A DNA stretch of 52,736 nt. Source: a virus (Duplodnaviria; Caudoviricetes). This document shows positions 17,931 through 26,443 of the stretch, piece after piece; the first letter of the stretch is position 1, and every line of letters begins with the position of its first letter. The stretch is from the IMG/VR virus record IMGVR_UViG_3300004777_000001, positions 1 through 52,736 of that record. One strand, 5' to 3'. Position numbers and translations under genes: made by a program. A model generated the notes under the pieces. That model ran no database searches. It saw only the letters and a program-made list of their open reading frames with translations, and was not told where the DNA came from.

Positions 17931-18080
17931 ATGAAACCAAAGGGGCTTTACTATAACATCAATCAAAAGAGAAAGCGTATAGCCGCTGGTTCTGGTGAGA
18001 AAATGCGTGAAGTAGGCTCCAAAGGTGCGCCGACCGCAAAGGCTTTCCGCGAATCCAAGAAAACCGCAAAGAAGAAATAA
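17931..18080 (+). CDS. small basic conserved phage protein (49 aa)
   Basis: MKPKGLYYNINQKRKRIAAGSGEKMREVGSKGAPTAKAF...; not in the ORF track. Confidence 0.75.
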   Translation: MKPKGLYYNINQKRKRIAAGSGEKMREVGSKGAPTAKAFRESKKTAKKK

Positions 18081-18082
18081 CT

Positions 18083-18349
18083 ATGGCTAAAACACCAGCG
18101 TGGCAGAGAAAAGAAGGCAAATCTGAAAAGGGAGGGCTTAATGCCAAAGGACGAGCTTCCTACAATAAAGCAACAGGAGGGCATCTCAAGCCCCCTGCAC
18201 CGCACCCTAAAACCGAGAAGGATGCTGGACGCAAAAAGTCATTCTGTTCGAGGATGAAAGGGATGAAGGCAAAGATGACAGGAGAAGCCAAAAAGAATGA
18301 TCCAAACTCCCGAATCAACAAGTCCTTGAGGGCTTGGAATTGCCACTAA
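18083..18349 (+). CDS. basic conserved phage protein (DUF6321-like)
   Basis: AWQRKEGK..GGLNAKGRASY..RKKSFCSRM..DPNSRINKSLRAWNC. Confidence 0.8.
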   Translation: MAKTPAWQRKEGKSEKGGLNAKGRASYNKATGGHLKPPAPHPKTEKDAGRKKSFCSRMKGMKAKMTGEAKKNDPNSRINKSLRAWNCH

Positions 18350-18412
18350 TGCAAACCAGAATTTCTTGCAGTAATAATACTGAAAGAGAACCAAACAAAC
18401 CCACAACAACCC

Positions 18413-18562
18413 ATGACATTAGCAGAACTCAACAACATTGCTCAAGAGATAGCAAACAAACTTGGTCACATCAGTCAGGAGCTTCTTCTCGAAATCCATG
18501 CTCTCGTTCACAAGACGGAAGCCGCCGCCGCTACCACCACTAGCGATACCGCCGTCTCCTAA
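18413..18562 (+). CDS. small hypothetical protein
   Basis: MTLAELNNIAQEIANKLG...; A/C-rich leader. Confidence 0.5.
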   Translation: MTLAELNNIAQEIANKLGHISQELLLEIHALVHKTEAAAATTTSDTAVS

Positions 18563-18645
18563 TGCTTAAAGAAATCGTGTCTGCAATCCGTAACAAGATT
18601 CAGACGAAACCAAACAAAAACCATACCTTAATCAATACAAAAGAA

Positions 18646-18777
18646 ATGAAAAAGGCTACCGCAAAGAAGGTCATGTCCGAGGCAAAGGGTAAAACCATGT
18701 CGAAGGGCAAGAAGATGATGGAAAAGAAATCCATGTCCAAGAAGATGCCCATGAAGGGCATGAAGAAAGGATACTAA
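18646..18777 (+). CDS. Lys/Met-rich small basic protein
   Basis: MKKATAKKVMSEAKGKTMSKGKKMMEKKSMSKKMPMKGMKKGY. Confidence 0.6.
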   Translation: MKKATAKKVMSEAKGKTMSKGKKMMEKKSMSKKMPMKGMKKGY

Positions 18778-18784
18778 AACAAAT

Positions 18785-18819
18785 GTGGCTAGGGAGCCAT
18801 GAACAAACTCCCTAGCCAC
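18785..18819 (+). promoter_or_regulatory. 12-bp perfect hairpin upstream of the recombination operon
   Basis: GTGGCTAGGGAG/CTCCCTAGCCAC. Confidence 0.5.
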
Positions 18820-18855
18820 TATTTAGCAGTCACAGCAACCACGCATAAACCGCAC

Positions 18856-19659
18856 ATGAACACTAATCAATTAGCAACCACAAGTCAATACTCCCCGATC
18901 CCTGTATCGGACATTGAGAAAATGGCATCTGCCATTACTCGTTCAGGTCTATTCGGCATCAAGAGTCAGGAGCAAGCAGTCGCCCTAATGTTGATCGCAC
19001 AGGCTGAAGGAAAGCATCCTGCATCAGTCGCCGCCGAGTATGATATTATCCAGAACCGCCCTGCATTAAAGAGCCATGCCGCATTAGCAAGGTTCCAGCA
19101 AGCAGGAGGGAAGATCCAATGGACTAGCAGGACTGATGACAAAGCATCAGCAAAGTTCTCCCATCCAGCAGGAGGAGAGGTTGAAATTACATGGACGATG
19201 GACAGGGCTAAAGCCGCTGGATTGACAGGCAAGCGGAATTGGGAAACCTATCCTGCACAGATGCTCTCTTGTCGGGTAGTAGCAGAGGGAGTCCGAGCAG
19301 TCTTTCCTGCCTGTTTGAATGGCACATATCTGGTTGAGGAGGTTCAGGATTTTGACAGCAAGCCTGTTCGCATTGAGAAGCCTGTAATCGCCGCTGAACC
19401 AGAAACCGAGGTCATCACCGCCGAGGTTGTGGAAAGCATCCCAGAAGCCCCTACAGAGCTTCCCAATAGTCCTCTCACCATGCTCCAGAGTATGATGTGG
19501 AGTGATGAGATCCCTGACGCACAAGTGATCCATTTCCTCATTGCCAAGAAGGTTCCGAAAGTAACCAAGTCAACCCTCCTGACAGAAATTGATGAGAAGG
19601 TAATCTCACGCCTGATTGAGAAGTGGGATGATGTAAAGAACTTCAAGCCCATCCTTTAA
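18856..19659 (+). CDS. RecT/Bet-like single-strand annealing protein
   Basis: SGLFG..QAVALML..G.HP..IIQNRPAL..TWTMDRAKAAGL..NW..YP.QML..R. Confidence 0.75.
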   Translation: MNTNQLATTSQYSPIPVSDIEKMASAITRSGLFGIKSQEQAVALMLIAQAEGKHPASVAAEYDIIQNRPALKSHAALARFQQAGGKIQWTSRTDDKASAKFSHPAGGEVEITWTMDRAKAAGLTGKRNWETYPAQMLSCRVVAEGVRAVFPACLNGTYLVEEVQDFDSKPVRIEKPVIAAEPETEVITAEVVESIPEAPTELPNSPLTMLQSMMWSDEIPDAQVIHFLIAKKVPKVTKSTLLTEIDEKVISRLIEKWDDVKNFKPIL

Positions 19660-19726
19660 TGGAATTGTTTGCCATAACAATGCTTGCCATTACAGCAACA
19701 ATTCAATTCTACCTTATCACTAGAAA

Positions 19727-20806
19727 ATGACTGACGAACGCAAAGGAAAGCCTTCAGCAAGCGGCATCTCCCGACTTGCTCTCTGTGCTGGATCATGGAA
19801 TCTAGAGTCCACGCTTCCAGAGCAGGAACCAAATCAGTATATGCAACTAGGAACGGATGTTCATGCCGTCCTAGCAGATCAGAAACCTTTTGAGGAACTC
19901 ACAAAGGAAGGTCAGGACATAGCCACCAGATGCTTGTCCGATTACTCCGACATGATCCGTCAATTGGATTTCGGAACAATCACCAAGAGCATTGTCGAAC
20001 AACGATTCTGGTTCCATGAAGAACTCTTTCAGGAGGATCTATTCTCTGGAGCCATCGACCGCATCGACTTCTTTGGTGATGTAGCAGTAGTCACCGACTA
20101 CAAAACAGGACGCACAGCACAGGGTAAAGCCGCCGAGAATCAACAACTCAAGGCTTATGCTGTTCTGGTTAAGAATGCTTTCCCTGAACTGAAAGCCATT
20201 TATGTTGCCATCATTCAGCCCCTTGCAGGAGGCACAACCATTGCCGAATACAATGAGCAGGATCTAGTCGCCGCACAGCAGGAAATCGTTGGCATCATTC
20301 ATGCTTCCCAAAAGCATGATGCTCCTAGAACTCCTAACCCTGATGCGTGTAAGTGGTGCAGGGCAAAAGCTATTTGTCCAGAGGTTCGTGCAACACATAA
20401 TGAGATCCAGATAATCTCTGGTGCAGTTGTCAATCAACTCACCAATGATGAACTGGCATCCATTGATGACAAGGCAGAAATCGTCGAAGACTTCATTGCC
20501 GAGATCAGGAAAGAAATCAAGCAACGACTCCTTTCAGGTCAGCAAATTGCTGGACGCAAGTTAGGCAAAGGTCGTATAACAAGAAATGTCACAGACACGA
20601 CCGCCGCTATTTCTGCGTTGTCTCATATTCTGTCATCTGATGCTCTCATGGATTGTGCAAAGCTATCTATTACGAGCTTGGAAAAAGCAGTTGCTAAAGC
20701 AAAAGGGATTAGTGGCAAAGATGCCAAAGCAACCATTGATGATGCACTTGGCTGGATCATCGAAACCAAGGAGTCAGAACCATCCATCATCCGTGACAAC
20801 CAATGA
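19727..20806 (+). CDS. Cas4-like PD-(D/E)XK exonuclease (DUF2800-like)
   Basis: C.GS..GT.VH..G.ID..DYKTG..QLKAYA..CKWC..C. Confidence 0.85.
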   Translation: MTDERKGKPSASGISRLALCAGSWNLESTLPEQEPNQYMQLGTDVHAVLADQKPFEELTKEGQDIATRCLSDYSDMIRQLDFGTITKSIVEQRFWFHEELFQEDLFSGAIDRIDFFGDVAVVTDYKTGRTAQGKAAENQQLKAYAVLVKNAFPELKAIYVAIIQPLAGGTTIAEYNEQDLVAAQQEIVGIIHASQKHDAPRTPNPDACKWCRAKAICPEVRATHNEIQIISGAVVNQLTNDELASIDDKAEIVEDFIAEIRKEIKQRLLSGQQIAGRKLGKGRITRNVTDTTAAISALSHILSSDALMDCAKLSITSLEKAVAKAKGISGKDAKATIDDALGWIIETKESEPSIIRDNQ

Positions 20807-21002
20807 ATACCCTGAAGATGCCAGAGCATTATGGATTATGTTCAAAGGTCGTGAGTGGGTCGTTATGTATCATGGCAATCACTTTACTGCTTTTGCGGGT
20901 GACAACAATGAAGTCACGCCGAAACAACTTGACAGCCTTTTCTCTTATTTAAGGAGTGAAGGCTTCATAAACGAAAACGGAGAACCACCAGAAAACGCAT
21001 GA
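20803..21002 (+). CDS. hypothetical protein
   Basis: MNTLKM/EYPEDARALW..YLRSEGF region between exonuclease and HNH genes; exact start and frame uncertain. Confidence 0.35.
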
Positions 21003-21559
21003 AGCTCAAAAAAGGACATATTCGTGAAGACGGAATGATCTTTGTTTGTTATACAAGCTGGGGTGGAGAATGGTGGCTTTCTAAAGAAAAATTTGCCAAG
21101 AAGCATGAAAAAGATAAACAGATTTCAAAAAAATGGAGATTAGATAATAAGAAAAAATCATCTGATCTTATATCTTCATGGAAAAAGAATAATTCCAAAC
21201 GTCTTTTAGATAAAGAAAAAGAAAGAAAGAAAAATGATCCTTTGTTCAGATTAAAAACCAATCTGCGATCAATGATTTCTACTCATTGCAGAAGAGGTGG
21301 ATACAAAAAGCAAGATAGGGCTTATAATATGCTTGGATGTACTTTCGACTATTTCAAAAATTATATAGAAAGCCTCTTTAAATCAGGAATGTCTTGGGAA
21401 AATAGATCCGAATGGCATTTGGATCATATTATTCCAATTGCATCTGCCAAAACTTATGAAGAAATAGTTAAATTGAATCATTATACAAATTTCCAACCCT
21501 TGTGGGCTAAAGAAAATCAATTAAAAGGCGCACAGCTACCTTTTAATAATACCAAGTAA
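20999..21559 (+). CDS. HNH homing endonuclease
   Basis: LGC..GMSWEN..WHLDHIIP..NHYTNFQPLWAKEN; AT-rich. Confidence 0.85.
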   Translation: MKLKKGHIREDGMIFVCYTSWGGEWWLSKEKFAKKHEKDKQISKKWRLDNKKKSSDLISSWKKNNSKRLLDKEKERKKNDPLFRLKTNLRSMISTHCRRGGYKKQDRAYNMLGCTFDYFKNYIESLFKSGMSWENRSEWHLDHIIPIASAKTYEEIVKLNHYTNFQPLWAKENQLKGAQLPFNNTK

Positions 21560-21581
21560 AGCTGTATAACAAAAAAACAAA

Positions 21582-21914
21582 ATGATAGTTGCCAAAATCG
21601 ACGTTAGCAAAATTGACAAAGAAGAACTCTATAAGGGTCAGAAGGGAACATACCTTGACATCGTTATGTATCCCCATACTGATGACACAGGGAATGAATG
21701 CCCTGATCAGTACGGAAATGATGGCGTAATCAAGCAGGGTCTTTCTAAAGCCTCTAGGGAAGCCAAGAATAAAAAGCAACCCATCCTTGGCAACTACAAA
21801 GTCAAGAAAGATGGATTTGCCGCAAGCGTAAAGCCAGCAAAGGCTTTCCAAAATCGTCCTAAAGCTCCTGAGCCTACATGGAATGATGAAGAAGATTCAG
21901 AGATCCCATTCTAA
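21582..21914 (+). CDS. single-stranded DNA-binding protein-like
   Basis: IDVSKIDK..KGTYLD..DQYGNDG..PILGN; acidic tail ending DSEIPF. Confidence 0.75.
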   Translation: MIVAKIDVSKIDKEELYKGQKGTYLDIVMYPHTDDTGNECPDQYGNDGVIKQGLSKASREAKNKKQPILGNYKVKKDGFAASVKPAKAFQNRPKAPEPTWNDEEDSEIPF

Positions 21915-21946
21915 ACAATAGCAACCCAAGCAACCACGCTAAAACT

Positions 21947-22183
21947 ATGCTACCCTATTGCTCCTGTCTGGAGATCAAGGACTCTCAAGGAGAGGACTAT
22001 CGCAATGTCCCTGAATGGCACAATTGCCACTACATCAACGAAAGGAATAAGCTCATTCCTATCGCTGAAAAGTACGCTGAAGAGAAAGCAACAACGGAAT
22101 TTGGTCATGTAGATCCATACAAGTTCACACAAATCTTCAGCACAAAAATGGATCAACTGGCATTTGAACACGGACTTGTATGA
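21947..22183 (+). CDS. hypothetical protein
   Basis: 78 aa in operon. Confidence 0.55.
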   Translation: MLPYCSCLEIKDSQGEDYRNVPEWHNCHYINERNKLIPIAEKYAEEKATTEFGHVDPYKFTQIFSTKMDQLAFEHGLV

Positions 22184-22392
22184 AGCATTCTAAAGAAGCA
22201 CAAAAGTATCTGGAGAGTGAGCATATCCGACTGATGACAAAAGTAGGAGAAAGGGAAGTTGTTCCTACTTTAGAGGAGAGAATCCTAGCGGCATTTGATG
22301 CAGGGATGGCAAGGGCTTCAAAAACCTATTCCAACCTTGACTTGATTGCTTCAGAGAAATGCAACATCAACTTCCCTAAATGGAATGAGTGA
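22180..22392 (+). CDS. hypothetical protein
   Basis: ATGA-coupled. Confidence 0.55.
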   Translation: MKHSKEAQKYLESEHIRLMTKVGEREVVPTLEERILAAFDAGMARASKTYSNLDLIASEKCNINFPKWNE

Positions 22393-22723
22393 GCAATTCG
22401 ATTTTGACTTCTCTCCTATTGAAGAAGAAATCTTTGATGACCTAGCTTCTAGGTTTGAGAGGTTCCATAAGAATAATCCCCATGTCTACAAGAACCTTGT
22501 GACATTGGCTCGTCAATTCAGGAGCAAGCGTCCTGATGCCGTAATTGGTATCCAGATGCTCTTTGAGGTTCTACGATGGAATTATTACATCAGCGTAGAT
22601 ACTGATGAGAAGTTCAAGTTCCCCAATGCTTTTGCGGCGGGTTACTCTCGACTCATTATGAAGCAGGAGAAAGACTTGGATGGCATCTTCAAGCTATCCA
22701 AATCAACTTTTGACGAGGAATAA
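22385..22723 (+). CDS. conserved phage hypothetical protein
   Basis: FERFHKNNPHVY..FEVLRW..FKFPNAF...YSRL. Confidence 0.7.
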   Translation: MSEQFDFDFSPIEEEIFDDLASRFERFHKNNPHVYKNLVTLARQFRSKRPDAVIGIQMLFEVLRWNYYISVDTDEKFKFPNAFAAGYSRLIMKQEKDLDGIFKLSKSTFDEE

Positions 22724-22724
22724 T

Positions 22725-22997
22725 ATGAACCCCGACACCACACCAACGCCGAGGACGGATGAGGCTTGCGAGGCAATGGGCTTAAAAGCCTTTGTAGTGC
22801 CAGTAGAAACCTCCCGCCAGCTAGAACGCGAACTCGACGAGAAAACCAACGAGGTCGCAAGGCTCCGTGAGGAGAATGCCGCACTCAAACAAGGAAAAGT
22901 TTTTGTCGATCCCAAGTGGATCTACGACTTAGAAACTCAACTAGCAAAAACACACGAGGAACTCTGCCAAGCAGGGTTGAGAGAATATGGAAACTAA
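22725..22997 (+). CDS. TPRTD-motif coiled-coil protein
   Basis: TPTPRTDEA..RQLERELDEKTNEVARL. Confidence 0.65.
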   Translation: MNPDTTPTPRTDEACEAMGLKAFVVPVETSRQLERELDEKTNEVARLREENAALKQGKVFVDPKWIYDLETQLAKTHEELCQAGLREYGN

Positions 22998-23332
22998 TAT
23001 GAACCAACCACAGACACCCAACAACGAGGTCGCAAGGCTCAAAGAAATGGTCATGGACGCCGCAAAGCGTGGCGACGAACTCGCCAAGCATTGGAAAGAA
23101 AGAGCCGAGAAAGCCGAGTCAATAATTAAACAACTCAACCACTACGCAGGGATCATTGAAGAAAATTACGCAGGCATCATCGAAGAAAACCACACATCTG
23201 CCGATCATGTGACCACTCATGTTACCGATCACCTAGAATGAACTTTGACTTCTTTAGCAAAGCATTAGACGCTTGCGTTGAATACAGAAAGCAACTTGAC
23301 GAAAAAACCAACGAGGTCGCAAGGCTCCGTGA
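22831..23332 (+). repeat. dispersed direct repeats: 40 bp x2 (22831, 23293) and 19-bp core x3 (also 23022)
   Basis: AACTYGACGARAAAACCAACGAGGTCGCAAGGCTCCGTGA; core CAACGAGGTCGCAAGGCTC. Confidence 0.9.
22999..23241 (+). CDS. hypothetical coiled-coil protein
   Basis: NEVARL motif; YAGIIEEN tandem duplication. Confidence 0.55.
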   Translation: MNQPQTPNNEVARLKEMVMDAAKRGDELAKHWKERAEKAESIIKQLNHYAGIIEENYAGIIEENHTSADHVTTHVTDHLE

Positions 23333-23981
23333 TCTTTTGAACTCATCCATAGCAATTAATAAAAAATGGGTTCCTAGAGATTACAGCGATTACAGAAAAG
23401 TTGAGGATATAGAACAAGAAGCCCGACTCGCCCCTGCGCCAAAGGAACCAGTAACCGAATGCGACTGCCACCTTTGGAAACAGCCAATGTCATGCCCTCG
23501 TTGCGAAGAGGAACCAGTTATCCAAGATTCTCAAATAACTGAACCCGCTCTTGATAAAAACACGAAATTGAACACGGATAAAGACACGGAAATCCCTGTG
23601 TCTAATTCCGAGTGGCGAGAGCTTGGCCCTGACGAAGAAATCCACACAGGAGATCAAGTGCAAGCCAAGCATCACGACAGACTGCATGGCGTATGGCTTG
23701 AGGTTTTCCCATACGAGATTGGAGCAATGCCTATAGACCATGAGGCGTTCAGATACCGCACCAGCCGCCCGTTGCCAAAGCAGGAGGAGATGCCGCTGGA
23801 GCAGTATATCGACATGATCGACACCCCATGTGATTGGTCAGACATCGAGGCTAGGCACGTCACAGCCACCTGCCTCCGCTACCTCCGCGACGAGATCCAG
23901 AAGCTAAAGGAGGATAGTGAAATCCACGAGTCTGCTGGTCAGAACATCATCAACCGAATCGTAAAACTAGAACAAAAATGA
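23238..23981 (+). CDS. mosaic hypothetical protein
   Basis: 247 aa; LDEKTNEVARL module and WRELGPDEEI..GD..YRT module. Confidence 0.65.
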   Translation: MNFDFFSKALDACVEYRKQLDEKTNEVARLRDLLNSSIAINKKWVPRDYSDYRKVEDIEQEARLAPAPKEPVTECDCHLWKQPMSCPRCEEEPVIQDSQITEPALDKNTKLNTDKDTEIPVSNSEWRELGPDEEIHTGDQVQAKHHDRLHGVWLEVFPYEIGAMPIDHEAFRYRTSRPLPKQEEMPLEQYIDMIDTPCDWSDIEARHVTATCLRYLRDEIQKLKEDSEIHESAGQNIINRIVKLEQK

Positions 23982-24316
23982 AATTCCGAGCTAAAGCAAA
24001 TACAACCCGTCGAGTGGCGGGTCAGATGAATAAGACCGAGCAAGCATATGCCGCTCTCCTAGAGGAAAGGAAAAAAGCTGGTGAGATTCACCACTACCAG
24101 TTTGAGGCCGCAAAATTAAGACTTGCAGACAACACCAGTTATTGCCCTGACTTTATGGTAGTAGATAAAGATGGATATATTGAATGGCATGAAGTAAAGG
24201 GGTTTTGGCATCAAGCCGGTAGGATTAAAATTAAAGTAGCCGCAGATATTCACCCCTATTTTCGATTTGTGGCTGTTCAGTATAAGAAAAAAACTTGGGT
24301 TTACGAGGAGTTTTAA
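23978..24316 (+). CDS. PD-(D/E)XK nuclease (DUF1064-like)
   Basis: MNKTE..Y.FE..Y.PDF..EVKG. Confidence 0.75.
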   Translation: MKFRAKANTTRRVAGQMNKTEQAYAALLEERKKAGEIHHYQFEAAKLRLADNTSYCPDFMVVDKDGYIEWHEVKGFWHQAGRIKIKVAADIHPYFRFVAVQYKKKTWVYEEF

Positions 24317-24317
24317 T

Positions 24318-24800
24318 ATGAAAATAGAAGATGATAAATGCCCCTGCTGTGGGCGACTCTATGATGAGCAACCAAAGCGCAAGAAGGTATCCACAGATGA
24401 CTTTGATGCGTTCTGGTCAGCCTACCCCAAGAAGGTAGCCAAAGGCTATTGTAAGGACATCTGGAAGCGTAAAGGCTTATCTCTGGATATGGTTATGCCA
24501 GCCTTAAACAAAGCCATTGCCAGTAGGGATTGGCAAAAGGAGGGCGGTCAATTCATTCCAAACCCGTCCACTTGGCTAAACCAAGGACGATGGGAAGATG
24601 AGGGGATTGATTACTCTGCTCTAAAAGTGGAGAAGCCAACTATCACATCCCGTCTCGGAGTGAATGAGCAGGAGGCATTTGAGTGGCGTTGCTGGGTCTA
24701 TCCTGACTCCATGCTTGTCCACCCTACCCCTGATACATTCCCGTTCAAGTCATGGCCTAAATCCACGCAACAGGAATTTCTTAATAGCATAACAAAATGA
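24318..24800 (+). CDS. phage replication-initiator C-terminal-like protein
   Basis: FDAFWSAYPKKVAK...FIPNPSTWLNQGRWEDE. Confidence 0.7.
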   Translation: MKIEDDKCPCCGRLYDEQPKRKKVSTDDFDAFWSAYPKKVAKGYCKDIWKRKGLSLDMVMPALNKAIASRDWQKEGGQFIPNPSTWLNQGRWEDEGIDYSALKVEKPTITSRLGVNEQEAFEWRCWVYPDSMLVHPTPDTFPFKSWPKSTQQEFLNSITK

Positions 24801-25081
24801 GTGAAGAAATCAAACAACTAATTGGTGACTTCCTTGTGGAGAAAACCCAATCAACTACTCCGAGATCAGATAGGTTTGGAGAAGGATTGCGTCACAATTG
24901 GGTAGAGAACCCACATTGGGAAGACACAGCGGCTTGCCATGATCTTTGCAGAAAGATTGAAGGTCAACTCACCAGAGCAATTGACATTGCAGATGGCATC
25001 ATGGCATGGGAAACACCAGCGCAAGCAAGGCAATCATCCAAGGATCTATCACAACTAAAGAAAGAAATTAAGGAGAACTAA
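24797..25081 (+). CDS. hypothetical protein (TPRSD motif)
   Basis: 94 aa; ATGA-coupled. Confidence 0.55.
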   Translation: MSEEIKQLIGDFLVEKTQSTTPRSDRFGEGLRHNWVENPHWEDTAACHDLCRKIEGQLTRAIDIADGIMAWETPAQARQSSKDLSQLKKEIKEN

Positions 25082-25082
25082 T

Positions 25083-25265
25083 ATGGTGGATATAAGTAAA
25101 TGCCAGAACGCAGATTGCCCCTCTTGCGGAGACTGCTGGAGGTACATCTGCAAGGCATCCGAGTATCAATACTACTCCGACTTCAAACCAGAAGAAGGAC
25201 AAGACAAATGCGAATACTTCATAGACGCAAGCTATTGGATTAAGCAATATGAGAAGCGCGATTGA
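25083..25265 (+). CDS. small Cys-rich conserved phage protein
   Basis: DISKC...CP....CWRY..Q.Y.DF...CEYF. Confidence 0.65.
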   Translation: MVDISKCQNADCPSCGDCWRYICKASEYQYYSDFKPEEGQDKCEYFIDASYWIKQYEKRD

Positions 25266-25536
25266 TAAAATCCTAGAAGAGATCGGTCTTGAGACTCCTG
25301 ATCTAGTACCTATCAACAAGCAGGAGGCTTTGGAGATGGGCATGGCAAAGGGAAGATCCAGACCCAAGAAAGGGATTTGTGGCAAGTCATGCTACGAATC
25401 TGAAAGCCATTGTGACCAAGCAATCAAGCACAGGCTACGATCAGGCTTTGGAGGCACATCGTTTCTCCGTAGCTATTTCTGTCCTGAATGCTCTGCTTGG
25501 CACATGACATCATCACACGCTAAACTAAACAAATGA
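25249..25536 (+). CDS. zinc-finger hypothetical protein
   Basis: CGK.CY..RSYFCPECSAWHMTS. Confidence 0.65.
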   Translation: MRSAIDKILEEIGLETPDLVPINKQEALEMGMAKGRSRPKKGICGKSCYESESHCDQAIKHRLRSGFGGTSFLRSYFCPECSAWHMTSSHAKLNK

Positions 25537-25745
25537 ACCCAATATTACCAATCATCACAGCGGCATCCCTGTACACGACTCCTGTACAGCAGACACAGAC
25601 CTATTACATCAGCAATCTATCCGAGACGGATGGAGCAAAATGCGGAGAGTATATCACCATCACGCCTCAGTTTACTCAGCAACCTGAGTATCGCGTAACG
25701 CCACAGGCCATCATTGAGAAAGATGATGAAAACTCGGAGGAATAA
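25533..25745 (+). CDS. hypothetical protein
   Basis: 70 aa; coupled to the methyltransferase start. Confidence 0.5.
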   Translation: MNPILPIITAASLYTTPVQQTQTYYISNLSETDGAKCGEYITITPQFTQQPEYRVTPQAIIEKDDENSEE

Positions 25746-26443
25746 TGCGTGAGCTACACCTTTTTGCAGGAGCAGGGGGAGGAATCCTCGGTGGAATGCT
25801 TCTCGGACATACCACAGTCTGTGCTGTCGAGATTGAACCTTATTGCCGACGAGTCTTGCTACAGAGACAACGAGATGGAATCTTACCAAAGTTCCCAATT
25901 TGGGATGATGTCACAACCTTTGATGGAAAGCCGTGGAGAGGAAAAGTTGATGTCGTTTGCGGAGGATTCCCTTGCACCGACATCAGCGTTGCAGGGTCTG
26001 GAAATGGAGTCGATGCATCACAATCTGGCCTATACAAAGAAATGCTCCGAATCGTTCGCGAAGTGGGATGCAGATTTGTTTTCATGGAAAACTCACCAGC
26101 TATCACTTTTCGGGGGCTTGGAGCAGTTCTCAGAGACTTGGCCTCAATGGGGTATGATGCTCAATGGGGAGTGTTGGGAGCCGATAGTTTTGGTGCAGAC
26201 CATCATAGATCCAGATGGTGGTTGGTTGCCGACTCCAACTTGTGCAGACAGCAAGAATGCGGGAGGAAAGCAAAACCAATACGACTTGAGCAAACACGCA
26301 CGGGTAACTACCGGAAAGAGGTTAAACGTCCATTACTCGGAATGGACGATGGGATGGCCCATTGGGTGGACAGACTTAAAGCCATTGGAAATGGACAGGT
26401 TCCAATTGTGGCTGCAACAGCATTCAATATGCTAAAGCCCTAA
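25745..26443 (+). CDS. DNA (cytosine-5) methyltransferase, alpha subunit
   Basis: Motif I LFAGAGG, IV GGFPC, VI ENS, VIII RSRW, X RLKAIGNGQVP; motif IX absent. Confidence 0.9.
   Translation: MRELHLFAGAGGGILGGMLLGHTTVCAVEIEPYCRRVLLQRQRDGILPKFPIWDDVTTFDGKPWRGKVDVVCGGFPCTDISVAGSGNGVDASQSGLYKEMLRIVREVGCRFVFMENSPAITFRGLGAVLRDLASMGYDAQWGVLGADSFGADHHRSRWWLVADSNLCRQQECGRKAKPIRLEQTRTGNYRKEVKRPLLGMDDGMAHWVDRLKAIGNGQVPIVAATAFNMLKP
25749..26435 (+). CDS. nested +1-frame beta subunit of the C5 methyltransferase (carries motif IX)
   Basis: 228 codons open inside the MTase gene; ends LPTPT..RLNVHYSEWTMGWPIGWT, a motif IX-like sequence. Confidence 0.7.
   Translation: MSYTFLQEQGEESSVECFSDIPQSVLSRLNLIADESCYRDNEMESYQSSQFGMMSQPLMESRGEEKLMSFAEDSLAPTSALQGLEMESMHHNLAYTKKCSESFAKWDADLFSWKTHQLSLFGGLEQFSETWPQWGMMLNGECWEPIVLVQTIIDPDGGWLPTPTCADSKNAGGKQNQYDLSKHARVTTGKRLNVHYSEWTMGWPIGWTDLKPLEMDRFQLWLQQHSIC

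Noticed and set aside
16150-18560. CCGCCGCC as a dedicated repeat or Chi-like element
   Set aside because: Mostly explained by Ala-Ala codon choice under GCWGC avoidance plus local C skew, although a few copies directly precede ATGs.
19727-20806. CRISPR Cas4
   Set aside because: Context next to a RecT-like gene and SSB indicates a phage recombination exonuclease.
22831-23332. CRISPR array or DGR template/variable repeat
   Set aside because: Spacing is irregular, the repeats are in-frame coding sequence, there is no adenine-specific variation and no RT or cas gene.
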